From assembly GCA_965645245.1 (NCBI GenBank), contig OZ287073.1:744001-808000 (forward strand): a DNA stretch of 64,000 nt. The letters are read 5' to 3'. The notes beneath the pieces were generated by a model. That model made no database searches and was not told the origin of the DNA. It saw only the letters and a program-made list of their open reading frames with translations. Shown here piece by piece: positions 13,118 through 26,407 of this stretch; the stretch's first letter is position 1; every line of letters begins with the position of its first letter. The translations under genes and the position numbers were made by a program. This DNA is from Massalongia carnosa. Its lineage: Eukaryota.

Positions 13118-13708
13118 GGTATGTTTCTGATGGAGCAAGAATGTGGAGGTAAAACCCGAGGTTTATGATGGATTTCTTGAAAGACTTTCTTCATGTAGAC
13201 GAAGTGCGCTAAATATGGTTAAGCGATGTGATACGAGTACCTATCGCGGCTAACTAAGAATCGACAAGTCGTATTTTTTAGGCGCAGAAACGTGAATTAG
13301 GGTGGATTTTTCTTCTCTAACTGTAATAGGAAATTCTCAGGCCACCCACATGAGGCTGACATTTTATTATCTTGGCCTGGAGGGGGTGGACTGCCTCATA
13401 GCTGAAGTGCAGCCGCTTTCCATAATAATCTCAATAATCAACCAAACCTCGGTCCCCTCGTTCAGACATTTTCCTGGGAACCCATGAGCACTTGATGCCA
13501 TATCTAACATCCCCAAAACTAGTATCTAGCCGTGCCTTCAGAGAGCTTGGCTGTCTACCACAATCAAGCGCTTCCATGGTGCTATACCATATAGTTCCCT
13601 CCGCCCAGAGAAGTTCTTGACGCACGGAAAAATTTGGCCTCCTCATTATCTCATGTCATTTTGAAGGAACACTGCCTAGTTAGAGAGTTTGAGAACAGTT
13701 GGATAATT

Positions 13709-14470
13709 ATGACCCTAGTTGCAACATGTGGTGAGCCCCACCATACCAAAGGTCTCTCTCCAAAACCATGCCGCATCTGCCTGGTTCCAGTCTGTGAAGG
13801 ATGCATTGTAAAAACGTCGTTTGGAAGGCCGCAAGTCACGCTGCAGATGTGTCGTGTATATTTCTGTACGCGATGTTGGATCGCACCTGAAGAGCCCCAT
13901 GTTGCTGATCCCGATGCAAAAGTTTTGGGCGCACGCACGCAACCCGGGGAAGTCCAAAGCGTCTGCGTGTGCTCGGCCCAGGACAAATGGCTTTGCCAGA
14001 GATGCAAGCTTGCTCAGAGATCAGAGCCAGGATCTTGCTTGGTTCGGTGTGCAGGGGATGGGTGCTCAACCATAATGGAACCTAGCCAAAGCGGATATTG
14101 TATCTGTCTGCTATGCGGTCTGCAACATCAGCCAGGACTCGGGACTTTGCGAAGAGAGTATGATTCAGCGCATCTTTACGCACGATACTACTCAGCAATC
14201 AATTATGATGCGTCGGAGCATGTAGTCCGCGAGCCAGTTGAGTTGGCGGCGTCGCTCCCATCGAGGAACGAGCCATGGGAGTCTTCTAGACCTCATCGAC
14301 AAGTCAAGATACCGCTAACACAAGTACAAAAGAAACCGCTGAAACCGCCGAAATCGGAGAAATTGAGGGCGTTCAAAAATGTATTGAAGAGAGTAAAGAG
14401 TATTCGGGCAAGGCCCTGTTTCATTTTCTTGCATGAAAAGAGGAGTTCCCGGGGGTATTCAAAAATTTGA
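13709..14470 (+). CDS. Hypothetical Cys-rich putative zinc-binding protein
   Basis: Intronless ORF from ATG 13709 with multiple CxxC pairs (CRIC, VCEGC, FCTRC, CVC, LCQRC, ICLLC) and a basic C-terminus. Confidence 0.55.
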   Translation: MTLVATCGEPHHTKGLSPKPCRICLVPVCEGCIVKTSFGRPQVTLQMCRVYFCTRCWIAPEEPHVADPDAKVLGARTQPGEVQSVCVCSAQDKWLCQRCKLAQRSEPGSCLVRCAGDGCSTIMEPSQSGYCICLLCGLQHQPGLGTLRREYDSAHLYARYYSAINYDASEHVVREPVELAASLPSRNEPWESSRPHRQVKIPLTQVQKKPLKPPKSEKLRAFKNVLKRVKSIRARPCFIFLHEKRSSRGYSKI

Positions 14471-14928
14471 CTTGAATTGAGGCATTTTGGAGAGACTAGA
14501 CTTGTCTTTGCTTCTGTTAGCTTTCATGTACACCAAGTAGTGCCGCAGCTTCGTGAGCGGAGATTTTAAGGTGTGTGTACTGCTTCCAAGAGAAACATGG
14601 CTATCTAGATAGGGATAGCAAGGTTGACCAAATAACAGCAGAGGATTTCGACCCAAAAGGCACGGCTGTGGGAGCAATGAGAAAATAGGATTTAGACACT
14701 GTAAATAAAGGCATCTAATTCCGGGACACCCCTTTTCACTACCTTGACACCCCATTTCACTACATTAACACCCCCCCACAAGCTAACCCAATCTGGTATG
14801 ATTCCGAGGTTCACCCGCCCGATCAAAGCATGCGAAATGGGTACACGATAAGATGGAAATGGGAAATGAGGGCTTCTGCAATGTATGGTAAATAGGCATA
14901 GACGAGCAGCTTTTTCCCTTCGAGGTTA

Positions 14929-17046
14929 TTACATTCTGAAGGCCTGAAATAAACCGATTCCATCTACTTCAATTGATTGAATGACATCGCCGGAGGTCCC
15001 TCCTTCACCACCTCGTCCCCTTCCTCTAGCCCTTGCTACCCCTCGCCCTCGCCCTCGCCCTCGTCCTCGGCCCCGAGTCGAAGGTCCATTTAATGCTTCC
15101 TCCATACGTTCAAATCCGGAGGGCTCCCGCTAGGTAGAGTTGTTAGCCTCTCGCTGAGCCCTTTCCGTTTGTAACCGTTCATTTCTCATTGCGATTGTAG
15201 GGCGTCCACGGGGACGCGCTACTATCTCGGGTTCATGCACTAAAAGTAAGGGATCAATGACATTTGGAGGTGTGTCATGACGATGATGAGCCTGTTCTGG
15301 AGGGCGCTGAAACCACCACTTGACGTGAATATCATCTCGCTGAAGCACGTTGGGGGCCAGGCCAGACAGTCGAACCTGATTGCAATAGAACTAGTACGTT
15401 TTCAGGGTTATTTCGTTCAGTTTATCAACTTACCTCGATTTCATGAGCGCATGGTAGCCCCATTGTCGCTCGAAAAGTTCCCGTGCAAGGTGGTAGACGG
15501 GTGTTTTGATTCATAAAACGTTCATACTGATCATGAATTTTCAACAGGGCGAATGGTGTAATGTGAGCCCGTACATCGCTATAAAAAGGTTTTCGTAATC
15601 TGGTGGGAAATCGAATTTTGGCCTCATTCAATTTTATAACATACTCTTGATGTTGATTCTTTATCAGCAGGTCGATGTTATCCACTACCTTTTTCAAATC
15701 ACCGGTGGAAAAGCCCAATTGATGCTTTAAAACTGCATGACCACCCTCCACCCTCGACGTGACGGTGTTGTTGAAATGAAGGATTTTGTCGACATAAACC
15801 TTGACGAATTTACGTTTGTATGGGCCTAGCCAGGTGTCTATCAAATACTGCACTTCCATTGAATGCTCAGTTGAATAAGCGTCATTGAGGGCATCCCAAT
15901 TGATATCATAATCTTCCTCCGTCTTCGAATAAACCACTGCATGCCACATGACTTCGAAAGCTATTCAATCATCATCGGGGTGCTCATTGCTTATGAATAT
16001 CGGTTTCCAGATGTCTTGAACACAGATGTGAATATGCCACACGCATAGAAGATGACGTGTGTCAGGAAAAACCTTGTAAATGGCCGCCATCAAACCGACA
16101 ACGCGATCGGTAACCACCACCTTTGGATATGGGATTTCAAGCTTACGATAGAGGTGCTTTAACTGTTGAAGAAACCAGATATAGTCTTCCTGACGTTCTT
16201 GACGAAGGAAGGAAAACCCTACATAGAAAGAGGTGTTTAATGCTGTTGTTCCCATGGTTGATATCAATGGTAGTTTATATCTGTTGGTTTTATACGTGCA
16301 GTCCATAATTAACACGTCCGGGTTCGCTTTCAAAGTGTTTTGACTCGTGTCTTTACTGAAATAAAGATGAGTGATTCGATCAGAATTATCCTTGAGGTGA
16401 GACGAATCCCTACAGTCTTTAGTATATAAATCGAAAGAAAAATACCCTCAAAGACTTACCAATGATCGCGATTTAATTATTTCAATAATGCTTGTATAGG
16501 AGACAGTATTCCCAAAGCCTTGTGTCGAATTACCGCCTTTGCATTGTAGATGTCTTGACGTTTGAAAATGGGATTATCGTCATTTGTTTCATCGCTTTGC
16601 CCCAATCGCAATGTCGAAACAATTTGACTCGGTTTCATTTGAACCTTTGTGGCGCGCACAATTTCCTCGTTTATAGCTGGGGTGAGGGCGATTTTTCTGA
16701 GCGATGGATGGGCGCCTTCGACAGTAGCAAAATCATTGTGATCTGGATTACGAATGTCGCGAACTATCCAGCCGTCATTCTTCCGTTTGACTACTATGGA
16801 GAAGGGACAATCGGCGTTCCTGGAGGCTCCATGCAAGCGCTTTTGGCCCCGGGGCTGACGCTCTTTTCTCCCTTGATCACAACAAATGTAGCATGTGTCC
16901 ACTAGACCGGTGGTTGAGGATTTTTTGGTCCGAAGTTGACAGACCGCATATCCTTGAGGGCCAGCATGTTTTTGCATGACGAGAATCAGAAGATCGAGAG
17001 AACCATAAGTCTCCTGCAGCATGAACAGGGGTGGTGCAAGAGTCAT
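14929..17046 (-). pseudogene. MULE transposase pseudogene
   Basis: FAR1-like N-terminus (GYAV...CDQG...CPF), VLIMDCTYKTNRYKLPL, VVTDR, HLLCVWH, TSRVEGGH, GLPCAH. In-frame stops at 16477, 15965 and 15130. Confidence 0.88.
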
Positions 17047-17163
17047 GATGATGGCGGACGATTATTGATTGTGTTTACATGCACGTATGCAGATAAAAAC
17101 TTTGAAGTTCAGGTGGGCGGGTGAACTTCGGAATCATACCCGATTGGGTTAGCTTTGGGGGGG

Positions 17164-17414
17164 CACGCGCGTGACAAAAATGGCCGAACACCAAAACTCG
17201 CTTGACAGGCGATTTTTACTAAAGATTTTTCCAATATCTTGCTTTGGAAATTTTTCTTAAATAACCACGCTTCAGTATAAAATATCATAAGGTTAAAACC
17301 GAATGTCAAACAAGCTGCACTTACCAAATTACAAGTTTGTAAAATAATCTGATGTTTTTATCAGACTGCAAACATAGTAAAGTTTGGTGTTCGGCCCATT
17401 TTGTCACGCGCGTG
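17164..17414. mobile_element. 251-bp MITE with CAC...GTG termini, inserted in the right TIR of the MULE
   Basis: TIR cacgcgcgtgacaaaaatggccgaacaccaaaact vs reverse complement of the right end cacgcgcgtgacaaaatgggccgaacaccaaact. AT-rich noncoding core. Splits a G-run of the MULE TIR. Confidence 0.85.
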
Positions 17415-17814
17415 GGGGTGTTAATGTAGTTGTCAAAGATGCCAAATAAATCCTTTGGCCGAACGAATCGGAATCAGCAGAGTCAGGGGCTACGGACATT
17501 AGTATTTATCTTTGTACTCGGCAAAAAAACCGAGTCCATTAGTCTTTGATGATTTATACTACGTCTACGTATGAACAATTCGGTGATTGATTAGGTTGAA
17601 TCGAGACCACCTTCAACTGTGGAGGTGGTTAATGCAACGCTTGGGGATAGTTAAAGCATGACCGACTCACGAGCACGTGGATCGGTTCGTCAGTGCCTAT
17701 TTACATAAGCAAGAAGTCTTCTTTGAGCCTAGTTACTTACACGTCCTTACGAAAGGGCCTACGCATTCGGAATTAACTTGTGGATAGGTGGCGGGAACAA
17801 CTATTGCACATGCG

Positions 17815-19584
17815 ATGAGCACTGTCTGGACGACAACATGGCGAATCATCGGACATGGTTTGCACAACCTTCCTTTGCGCCAGACTGCGCTCTCATCCCA
17901 GGCCACCGTCATTGGAAAGGGCACAAGAGCCCCTTCGCAAGCTGCGTTATTCCCATGCTCGGTATGGAACAAGTTTACTTGTTTGACTGTCGATACTCCA
18001 AGCCCTCGATCAAAGTTACATTTCATCCAGGAGCATCCGAAGCCCTTGACCTCATTCACATTACCTCAAATATGGAAAGCAACAATATCGGGTCGAGTCA
18101 ACAACTCCAATGCCCCTGTGCCCAAACCGGTACCCACGTTTCCAAAGATATCTGCCCCTGATATGAGAGCAATCTTTGGAGGCTCGTTAGATCAAGAAGC
18201 AGGCAACGAACTTCTTCGGTCCTTGCAAGAGCAACGGCTCTCGGGCACATTAGATCAGGGGGTTTCAGCCTCTCCACGTGATGTTGGGAAGGCCATGGCG
18301 TGGTTACGCCTCACATTTCCTGTGGACGAAGATGGTGCCATTATTGCACGTTTGGAGCGAGAGGATATTGAAGTTGAGCAACAACGTGTCGAGGCGGAAA
18401 GACTTGGGCACTATAAGCCTCAGCAAGGCCCGCAAAGTGCTAATAGGTACGGTCTGTCTGTCCTTGAAGAAATCAAAAAACGTAATCTGCAAAAGGCGGC
18501 TGCAGCGGAAGCGAAAGCGAAGCAGCAGGAAGAGGCGGTTCAGAACGAGAAAGAGCTAGGGTTGCTGAACGGTACAAAGACCTCGATAACAGAAAGGCCA
18601 TCTTTAAGAGAGGTTATTAAAAGGACCGAGTCAGCCCCGTGGGTAAAACGTTATAAGGATGCGGCGACTATGCAAGGTATGCCGCCAGAAATGACGAAAA
18701 CCCAGCGATTATGGCCTTCCGGAGCAGCTACAATTGTTGTTGTTGTATTGTCTATTCTCTTCGCACAGAATTATATTCCTCCTTCTCGAAAAGCTCGTCT
18801 TTGGCCAGATATACCCCCCGCCGCGGCTACAATTGCCGCTCTGATAGGGATAAATGTTGCAGTATCTTTCCTATGGAGACTACCTCCCTGCTGGAAGTTT
18901 TTCAATCGTCATTTCATTATCACTGCAGCATATCCGCGCATCAGTAGCATGATTGGGAGTATTTTCAGTCATCAACAATTTTATCATTTAGCGTCTAATA
19001 TGCTTGCAATATGGTTTATTGGAACTCGGTGTAAGTTATACCTATTCTTCGATCCTAGATTGTTTCGGTTTAGCTAAAGTCGACATAGTGCATGATGATG
19101 TTGGTCGTGGAACCTTTCTTGCTATATTCGTGTCCAGCGGGGTTGTTGCATCATATGCTTCTCTAAGCGGATATGTGCTCCGAAATATTTTATACACATC
19201 TTCTTTGGGAGCTAGTGGGGCTGCATCAGGTCTTCTCGGTGCTTGGTGCTGGCTGCATGCTTCGTAAGTTGCTTTTGTTTTGATACATGGAGTATCCGCA
19301 CTGACCTTTAACCCCCCCGAAGTGAGAAGTTAGCTGTCCCATTTATACCCCTGGAGTATACTCAAAATATCCCAATATTCACGATTTTGGGTATTTTCGT
19401 CGTGCTAGATATCATCGGCATGTTCAAACATCATGGAATATTTAGGACGGACCATGTGAGTCATTTGGGTGGCTACGCTGTAGGAGTCGTAGCCGGCGAG
19501 TCCATCAAGTATAGAGCGGCTCGGCGGCAACAGGCAGCGATAGAACGAATAAAGAAAACGGCATTGATACATGACGCTAAATAG
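17815..19584 (+). CDS. PCP1: Mitochondrial rhomboid protease Pcp1/PARL, 3 exons
   Basis: GSIFSHQQFYHLASNM, SLGASGA (catalytic Ser), DHVSHLGG (catalytic His) and multiple TM segments. Confidence 0.88.
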
Positions 19585-20738
19585 GGTGAAGCGGGCTGCA
19601 ACAAGTAGTACCATACAACAGGTATTCTGAACAAAGACCACCCACTTTGTGCACTTTGTGTGGAGGGATTTACTTTCAGCCAGGAAGTAAGCGTGCACTT
19701 CCACCTTGTCTGCTCCCTAGCTTGAACCGAGCGAGATTTCAAGAGCGTCAACCGGGCGCCGCCACCAAAACCAGAAGGGGTGTCAGAAGCTCCCATCAAC
19801 TTGAAAACCCCCTTCTCCATCCCAACCAGCCAGCTCTTTGCCCGGTATACATACCATCACCACACACGCAGGAGTCTAAGCGACTAGCAAGTTGCAACCC
19901 TTCCCATAACGATCTCTTGAGAAGTTCGGAAGGCGCTCTGGGTAGAGCACCGCCATCGCCAAATTGGATTTCGGGCGTTCGGAAGTCCTGCGCATAGCGA
20001 GCGAGTGCTATTCAGTGTCTAATTGAGAAGGCAACACATGCTTGCTTCTAGGAGGGTTATCGCCAAAGTCATACCGTTAGGACGACCCCAGTACGAGTCC
20101 CAGGAACTGCTAAAAGCGCGGTGAGGAGAAGGAGAGGGAGAGGGATGAGTGTTGGTATTACAATAGGTATATTTTTTCTTTCTGTAAAAGTAGTCACATA
20201 GAAGAGGAAGAGGAAGAAAAGGGAGTAAACCCTCCCCCCTTTTCCCAAAAATCCTGCCCTCACCGCACAAAAACAAAACTCCCCAACTCAATCAATCAAT
20301 CAATCAATTAACCAACCAAGCACAATATACCCAACCAACCCCCCAAACCTTTCTGCCCTCCCTCCCTCCCTACGTACCTAAGTACCTACCACAAAGTAGT
20401 AGTACCTAGTTATTAAAATAAAATAAAATAAAAAATAAAAAATGGTCCTCGAGCCCCTATTTTCAGTGAACAATTTCCCGTCCCGTACTGTCCTATCCTA
20501 TCCTGCCGCCATGTCACGCCATGCATGTAGGGAGGGGGTTAAAAAGGGGGGTGGGTACGTAGAATGAGAAGAGAAAAAAAGGGGGGGGGGAAGAAATATG
20601 GATGGATGGAAGGATGGATGGATGGGGGGAGGTCTAAGCAAGCAAACAAGCTTTCCCCGCTAGCGACATCGATATCGACATCGAGACCACCGATCCATCA
20701 ATCCACCCAAGATTAATCTTGCCCGATCATCACCACCA

Positions 20739-23333
20739 TTACCGATCCTCTCTAGTAGTAGAAGAAGGAGAGGAAGAGGAATTAGGCGATGCCGAAAGCA
20801 CAGGAACTGAGGCGCCGCGTCATGTCAGCCCGCTAGATTTCCGTTCACGTCTTCTATCCCCAGGGGAGGAAGGATGAAAAGAGAAGTAAAAAAAAAAAGC
20901 ACCTACTGCTAAATCCGTAGCCCTCCGTCTTGCCCTCTCGGTCATGCTGGTCGATTTCCACGCGGATCGAAACGTCCAGGCCACCGGCCAACGTGCCCCT
21001 ATGCACGCCGCTGGCTACGGCGTGCTTAGTTCCCGCGCCCTCTTCGCCGGGATGGAGGGGGGAATGTCCGTCCTTCGCTTTGGTTGTTTTAGAAGGCGGC
21101 GCGGTGCTGACGACGGCGAAGTTCCCGTTTCCGTTAGGAAGATCGGGGCCCGGGGGCCCGTTCGCAGGAGCCTTGTCGGACGTGCGGCTGCCAGGGTGGG
21201 CTTCGGTGAGGATAGCATAGTTTCGGCTGGGCATGGTGCAGTGGTTCGAGGTGGCGGTTTTGTTGGTGCCGCCTGGGTCGCGGTCGAAGAGGTTCATAAG
21301 GGTTTCGTGGGTGTTGTGGTCGAAGCGGTGGATTTTGTTGCGGTGGGCGAGCAGGTTCGCGACCGCTTTCGGCGGCGGCTTGTTCGTGATGGCCGAGCTG
21401 ATTATGTTGGCCATGTAGCGGTGGTCTAGCTCCGTCGGGATGGCGAGTTTGGGTTTGCTGTAGAAGCGGCCCAGGGCTGCAAGGTGGACGTCGCCGCCTA
21501 GGATCGTGATGCGGACGCTGTGCTCTCGCGCGATAGCTTGGAGGCGGAGGACAAGGTCTTTGCGCTCGTACTTGTGTTGGCGGGCGGTGTAGTGGTCGTC
21601 AAGGTCATCGAGGAGATCGATTTGGCCGTCAAAGTGGTTGAAGAGGCCGGCGGCGATGCCGAAACGTTTATTGAGAAATCGGATGGGTCCTATGATGGGG
21701 GAGTTGAAGATATTTTCGAGCCATGCCAAGCGTGGATAGGCTATAGGGACGCCCAGAAGTACGATAAGGTGATTAATCTCGGCGGCCGTGGAGAGTTCGG
21801 AGCGAACCCTTTGGCACAGTGCATCATATGTGTCTGGGTAGTTGACTTGGTGCCTAGTTCGTTCGGTGCGGGCGTCGATTCCAAGAAAAGCAATGCGGGC
21901 GCCCAGCCGCATATACAGCGACCGACTTCGCTCTGGGATGTAGGGACCTGGGCGGGTCCCCATGATGAAACATGAGTCTTCGTTGTGCTCCTTGAGGACG
22001 AAAGTGTCCTTGAGCTGCACGGGGTCAGCTCCTGCGCCATTTAATCCATGACTAACTGTTGTTGGCGGCGATGAAGTTGTATATGTTGACTTCGGAGGAG
22101 GGACGTGATGCTGCATTAAAAGGTAGTCTACCACCGATCAACTCAAAGAACCCCTTTACTCTGAAGAATTGGGTTGGGGGCTTCCATACACTTGAACGCA
22201 ACACCTCCTATGCCGCGGAAAACGGCACAGTTCATAAAATGATCGGTATAGGACCCAAACCCATCAATGATATCTACGCCAAATTAATGATTGGTTGCCA
22301 TTTGCGATATATCATGTAGAATGTTACCGTGGTCATCCCAAACGTTTATTTGTGGTATTTGACTGTTGGCAGTTGCGAACGGTTCGTGTGAGAACCATTT
22401 GACGTAATTATTGAAATAAAACACATCACAGCCCTCCCGTAGGTGTTCGTCAAATTCGTAGTCTCTCCTTTTCTTTGGACTGCTTATCTGTGTCCAAGGG
22501 AAAAGGGGCCCATCTCCCACTCTCACGCCATCATTATAGATTTGGTCACCACCGCCAATCATGACATGAAAAGGCTTTTTTTCATGAACTCGCAGTACAT
22601 CATTCCACAGTGCTGGACCCGACCATGCTTCTTCATCCGTTCCAACCGAGAATCCATTGCAAGAATGAAACATAATTCGCATTGATTCGAATGCCCCAGG
22701 TACTACAAAGGACTGTGTTGAAGATGTCCGAGAGCTCGCGCCTGAAGGATAGATCAGATCTGGGATGAGATATTCCCAGCGGGCTTCGGATTCTTGAAGC
22801 TCTAGTTCGAGATCGAACCGCCAAAATGCCTTGGTGGTATCCACGTAGAGCTGTATCCCCTGAATTGAGCGCTCCTGCTCCTTGTTGGCGAGCCCAATGG
22901 ACAACGTCGAGTTCTGACCAGAACGAGAAAGATTGATGCACTTTAGATACAATCCAGGCTGACGATTTCCCGGTTTCGCCACAATCAATACACTTCCATG
23001 CCAAACCGGCATATGCGACCCTCTATTACTCATAGACTTGTAATTAAGTAAGGGTCCGCATAGGACCTCAAGGCCATCTTGCGAATTCAAAGCGTCCGGC
23101 GCATTCCCATATCCAGCGTCTGTATGTGTGACATTTTCGAGCCCATCCGTTGAAGCTGCAATGTGATCATAGGAGGGTCCTGGTAGTTTACCCTCAACCT
23201 TTGATTTAGCGGCACTTGCGGTTCTAGTCAGTTTGTTTTCTTGAAGCTTGAAGGCGCCATCCATAGTATGATCCTCTTCCTCTGGCGACGCGGGTTCCTG
23301 GTGTCGCCATCGATCTTTGGTAGCATCTGTCAT
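20739..23333 (-). CDS. PhoD-like metallophosphatase (fungal PhoD_2 type), 3 exons
   Basis: MFHSCNGFS, HVMIGGGDQIYND, INVWDDH|DIIDGFGSY, GIDARTER and GGDVHLAA motifs. Confidence 0.88.
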
Positions 23334-24059
23334 AATTCACACAGGCCACGAGTGATAGCGCCGCAAAACCACCCGTGTATTCCACCTAGCGCACAGGTAT
23401 AAGTTAGTTCTTGGTAAGTAAGGAGCGTGTATCCTGCTTGTTTTAACACAATGGTTTTACAGAGTATGAATGCTGAAGAGCTGAGAATGAATACTTAAGG
23501 GAGTGGAGGATTGTTCAAGCAAAGTGAGAAGGAGAGAATAGAATACGGAGTACAGGATACAGAAGTACAGAGCAGCTGGGTCTGGCCAAGAACATTTAAG
23601 TTGTGGCTGAGCGATCCCATCGCCACTTTCCCGGCGCATCACTCGCATTAGCCCGATAACTCACTCTCTCTTGAGAGATTACCAAGCAGTTAACAGAACT
23701 TGTTTATTTTGAGATATTCGAGCCCGATTGGGGTCTGTTCCACCTTTTAGTCACGTGAAAATATTTCCCTCTCAGTAATGTGAAAAAGGTTACCCCTTGG
23801 TATTTCAACATATGAAAATTAATTACATCGAGGGAGGTATCTGTATGATGCAGCGGTACAGTGTACGCCAACAGATGCGGCTATGATACCCTTCCTCCCC
23901 CGCTTGATCCAAACGATGGAAATAAAAACACCCCTGGACCGAAAAGCTTGCGCTGCACATCTTGGCCATGACAAGAAACGCCACCTCAAGACATGCTATG
24001 CTGTGACCTTTCCTCATTATCTACTTGTTCTATCCCACATGATCCGGCATTAGCATAAC

Positions 24060-25793
24060 TCACTGTGGAGGTACAATGGTACAAGCCCCATTAGCAGCGT
24101 CGGCGGGAATAGACCCGTTGCCAATCCAGATGTCAATCAGCGGCTGCATTGGCTCCATATCTTTGTCCGAGAGAAGGCCGAAGAGTTTGGCTACCGAGAT
24201 GTAGTGCACGAAACAGGAGTTGAGGTCGGTCCAGCCATTGGAATTGGTGCCGTTAGTCATGTGCCAGAAGGGGTTAACCCAGTGTGAGTGGTATAAATGG
24301 GCGTAAAGACGAAAGATTTGACGGAAGCATGTCTTGCAGTCCCCGAAAAAAGTCTCAGGGAAGCCTGCCTTCTTACCAACCCAGTCATGACCGGCGAGTG
24401 TTGACAATGGAGTACTCAAGGTTGTAGGACCCATAGCGATTGGGGTGTTGGCTCCTGGGGTGTTAAGACCACCGGATGCGTACGTGGTTGCATTTCCAGT
24501 AGGATTGTCGGTTGGAAAGGCTTTTGGATCGTGAATCTTACCGACAATCCACCTTTGAACGAGAGAGATGTATTGATTCGCTGGGACCTTGATAGGAATC
24601 TTTTCGTTGTTGAGCCAGGTATAAGTGTGACTGCTTCTCTGATTTAGCATACTTTACAATATGTTTTGGCTAGAGTTAATAGTAGTTACCGTCCAGCGGA
24701 CATGACTGGGCAGGACTTTGGATTACAGATTGGCAAGCCCGTATTAGTGTCTACTTCCTGGATGCACTGAAGAAGGGCTTCGACTAAGCGATACTGTTCA
24801 ACCGCTACAGGGACGAAACATTAGTTGGTGCCTCGACCTCTTTTTTGGAAATGCTACGCTGACCTTGGTGGGCAAGCCACTCTCCAAGATCTACATTCTT
24901 TGGCTGAGCTGCCAGCGGCATGAAATTTCCTTTTACTCCCAAACGCGCATACTTTTCTCGAAAGAAGAATTTCACTGGTTCGGCTTCAATCTGAGCGTCA
25001 CCGTTGGTGGGACCGTTCTCTGAGTTAGAGCCCACCATCGACGAAAAGGATGCTGAAGTATTTAGAGGTGGTACAGATGGCGTATACGTTGATGGAGAAG
25101 TGGTCTGCGAGCTGGCTCCTTTTTGCTGGTTGGCGTTGCCATTACCGTTTCCATTTGCTTTGTTGGATTGACGATTGAATCCCTGCCGGCTATTTAAAAT
25201 CAGCAAGGCCAGGGATTTCCTTCCTTAAAATTCGGAAACAGATATTTGAACAGATTAATTGGATAGTCTCAGTCAAGGAGGCTGCTTTTTGGAATGAACC
25301 AACATCGCCGTTATCAATAGAAAATATATTCACAGATGTGCCGGAGGTCTTACTATGTCACGGGGAGCCGCTTATAAGTCTCTTTCTTAGAGACAGGTTT
25401 CTTAACACATCTTGCACGGATAGGTCCCCTAGAGGAGTGCCTTTGCGCCCCAACGAACCCAGTGGCCTGGAAACGCGAAGTATAAACCGATAATTGATTG
25501 AGAGCGATGGCAAGACATGTAAGAAGCACAATGAATGTAAGGCGAAGGACAAACATATCTGCAAGGGAGCAGCTTCTGAACAGCAATGAAATAGATAAAA
25601 TATCTCAACGTTGACATCTAAAGTCTAACAGTCCGCAAGCTGAACGACACTAAGGGGATATTTACCACACTAACATTGTAGGGCACACACCGTTTAACCT
25701 TCGTATACCACCCAAACCGACGCCGACAGCATGAAATAGAACAGAACCATGAATGAGATCTTGTACTTACACACTCTGAAAGAATGTGTCCAT
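24060..25793 (-). CDS. MOB2: MOB kinase activator Mob2
   Basis: Exon 1 MDTFFQSV (25771-25793) spliced to RQGFNRQ..., then VKGNFMPLAAQPKNVDLGEWLAHQ, C..MSAG, HTYTWL, QIFRLYAHLYHSHW and LNSCFVHY. Confidence 0.85.
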
Positions 25794-26407
25794 TTCTGGA
25801 GCACCTTGGGTCGCACACAAGGTCTTTTCACACGTGCTTTGCGAAGGTAGTACTGGTGTTGCTACTTGTTGTCGGAGCGTTCTTCCACCCAGATGAGGTT
25901 TGTGGATATTTTATGATGGTTATGGTTACATTTTCGTTGAATTCCTGCAGACTCAAGGGGTAACAATTCCCCGGTAATCACTCCGGCGCTACGCCTTGTG
26001 CTGCATGGGTCTGCAGGCCTACAATCAAATTTATTGGTCTACAGAAGAAGACTTAGCGATAAACGCTTTGCATGGAGTGAAGCAAAATTACAGGGTAAAT
26101 TACATTGGCCTTCTCGTAACTATTGATGGTTAATCGTGCCAAAACACCAAACCCCAACCGAGCCAGGCACGAGGGGACCAAAATTGTCGCGACACCAAAA
26201 TTTCACCCCATCAAAAACCTGTCATCATTAAATAACTTATTCAGTATACAACGTCAGCAATGGTTCTGAGTATGCCTAAACAGCTGGAAGATGTTTTGGA
26301 TGGTGACGGAAGGATAACAGGTCATTAATAGCAATATTATGATCGTCTTGTATGTAGATAAATTGATGTTTTGGTGAGTTTTTTTGGTTGAGTGAAATTA
26401 TGGTGTA

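Larger units (their letters stand above)
14710..17443 (-). mobile_element. Mutator-like (MULE) DNA transposon, degenerate
   Basis: Termini GGCATC...GATGCC flanked by AAATAAA on both sides (14703-14709, 17444-17450). Inner TIR at ~14759-14820 matches the reverse complement of 17115-17163 plus 17415-17430. Encodes a MULE transposase. Confidence 0.85.

Noticed and set aside
20069..20110. Second CAG|TTCCTG acceptor that could provide an alternative last exon for the PhoD gene
   Set aside because: The proximal acceptor has a better branch point (GCTGAC) and a normal intron length; the match is short enough to be chance.
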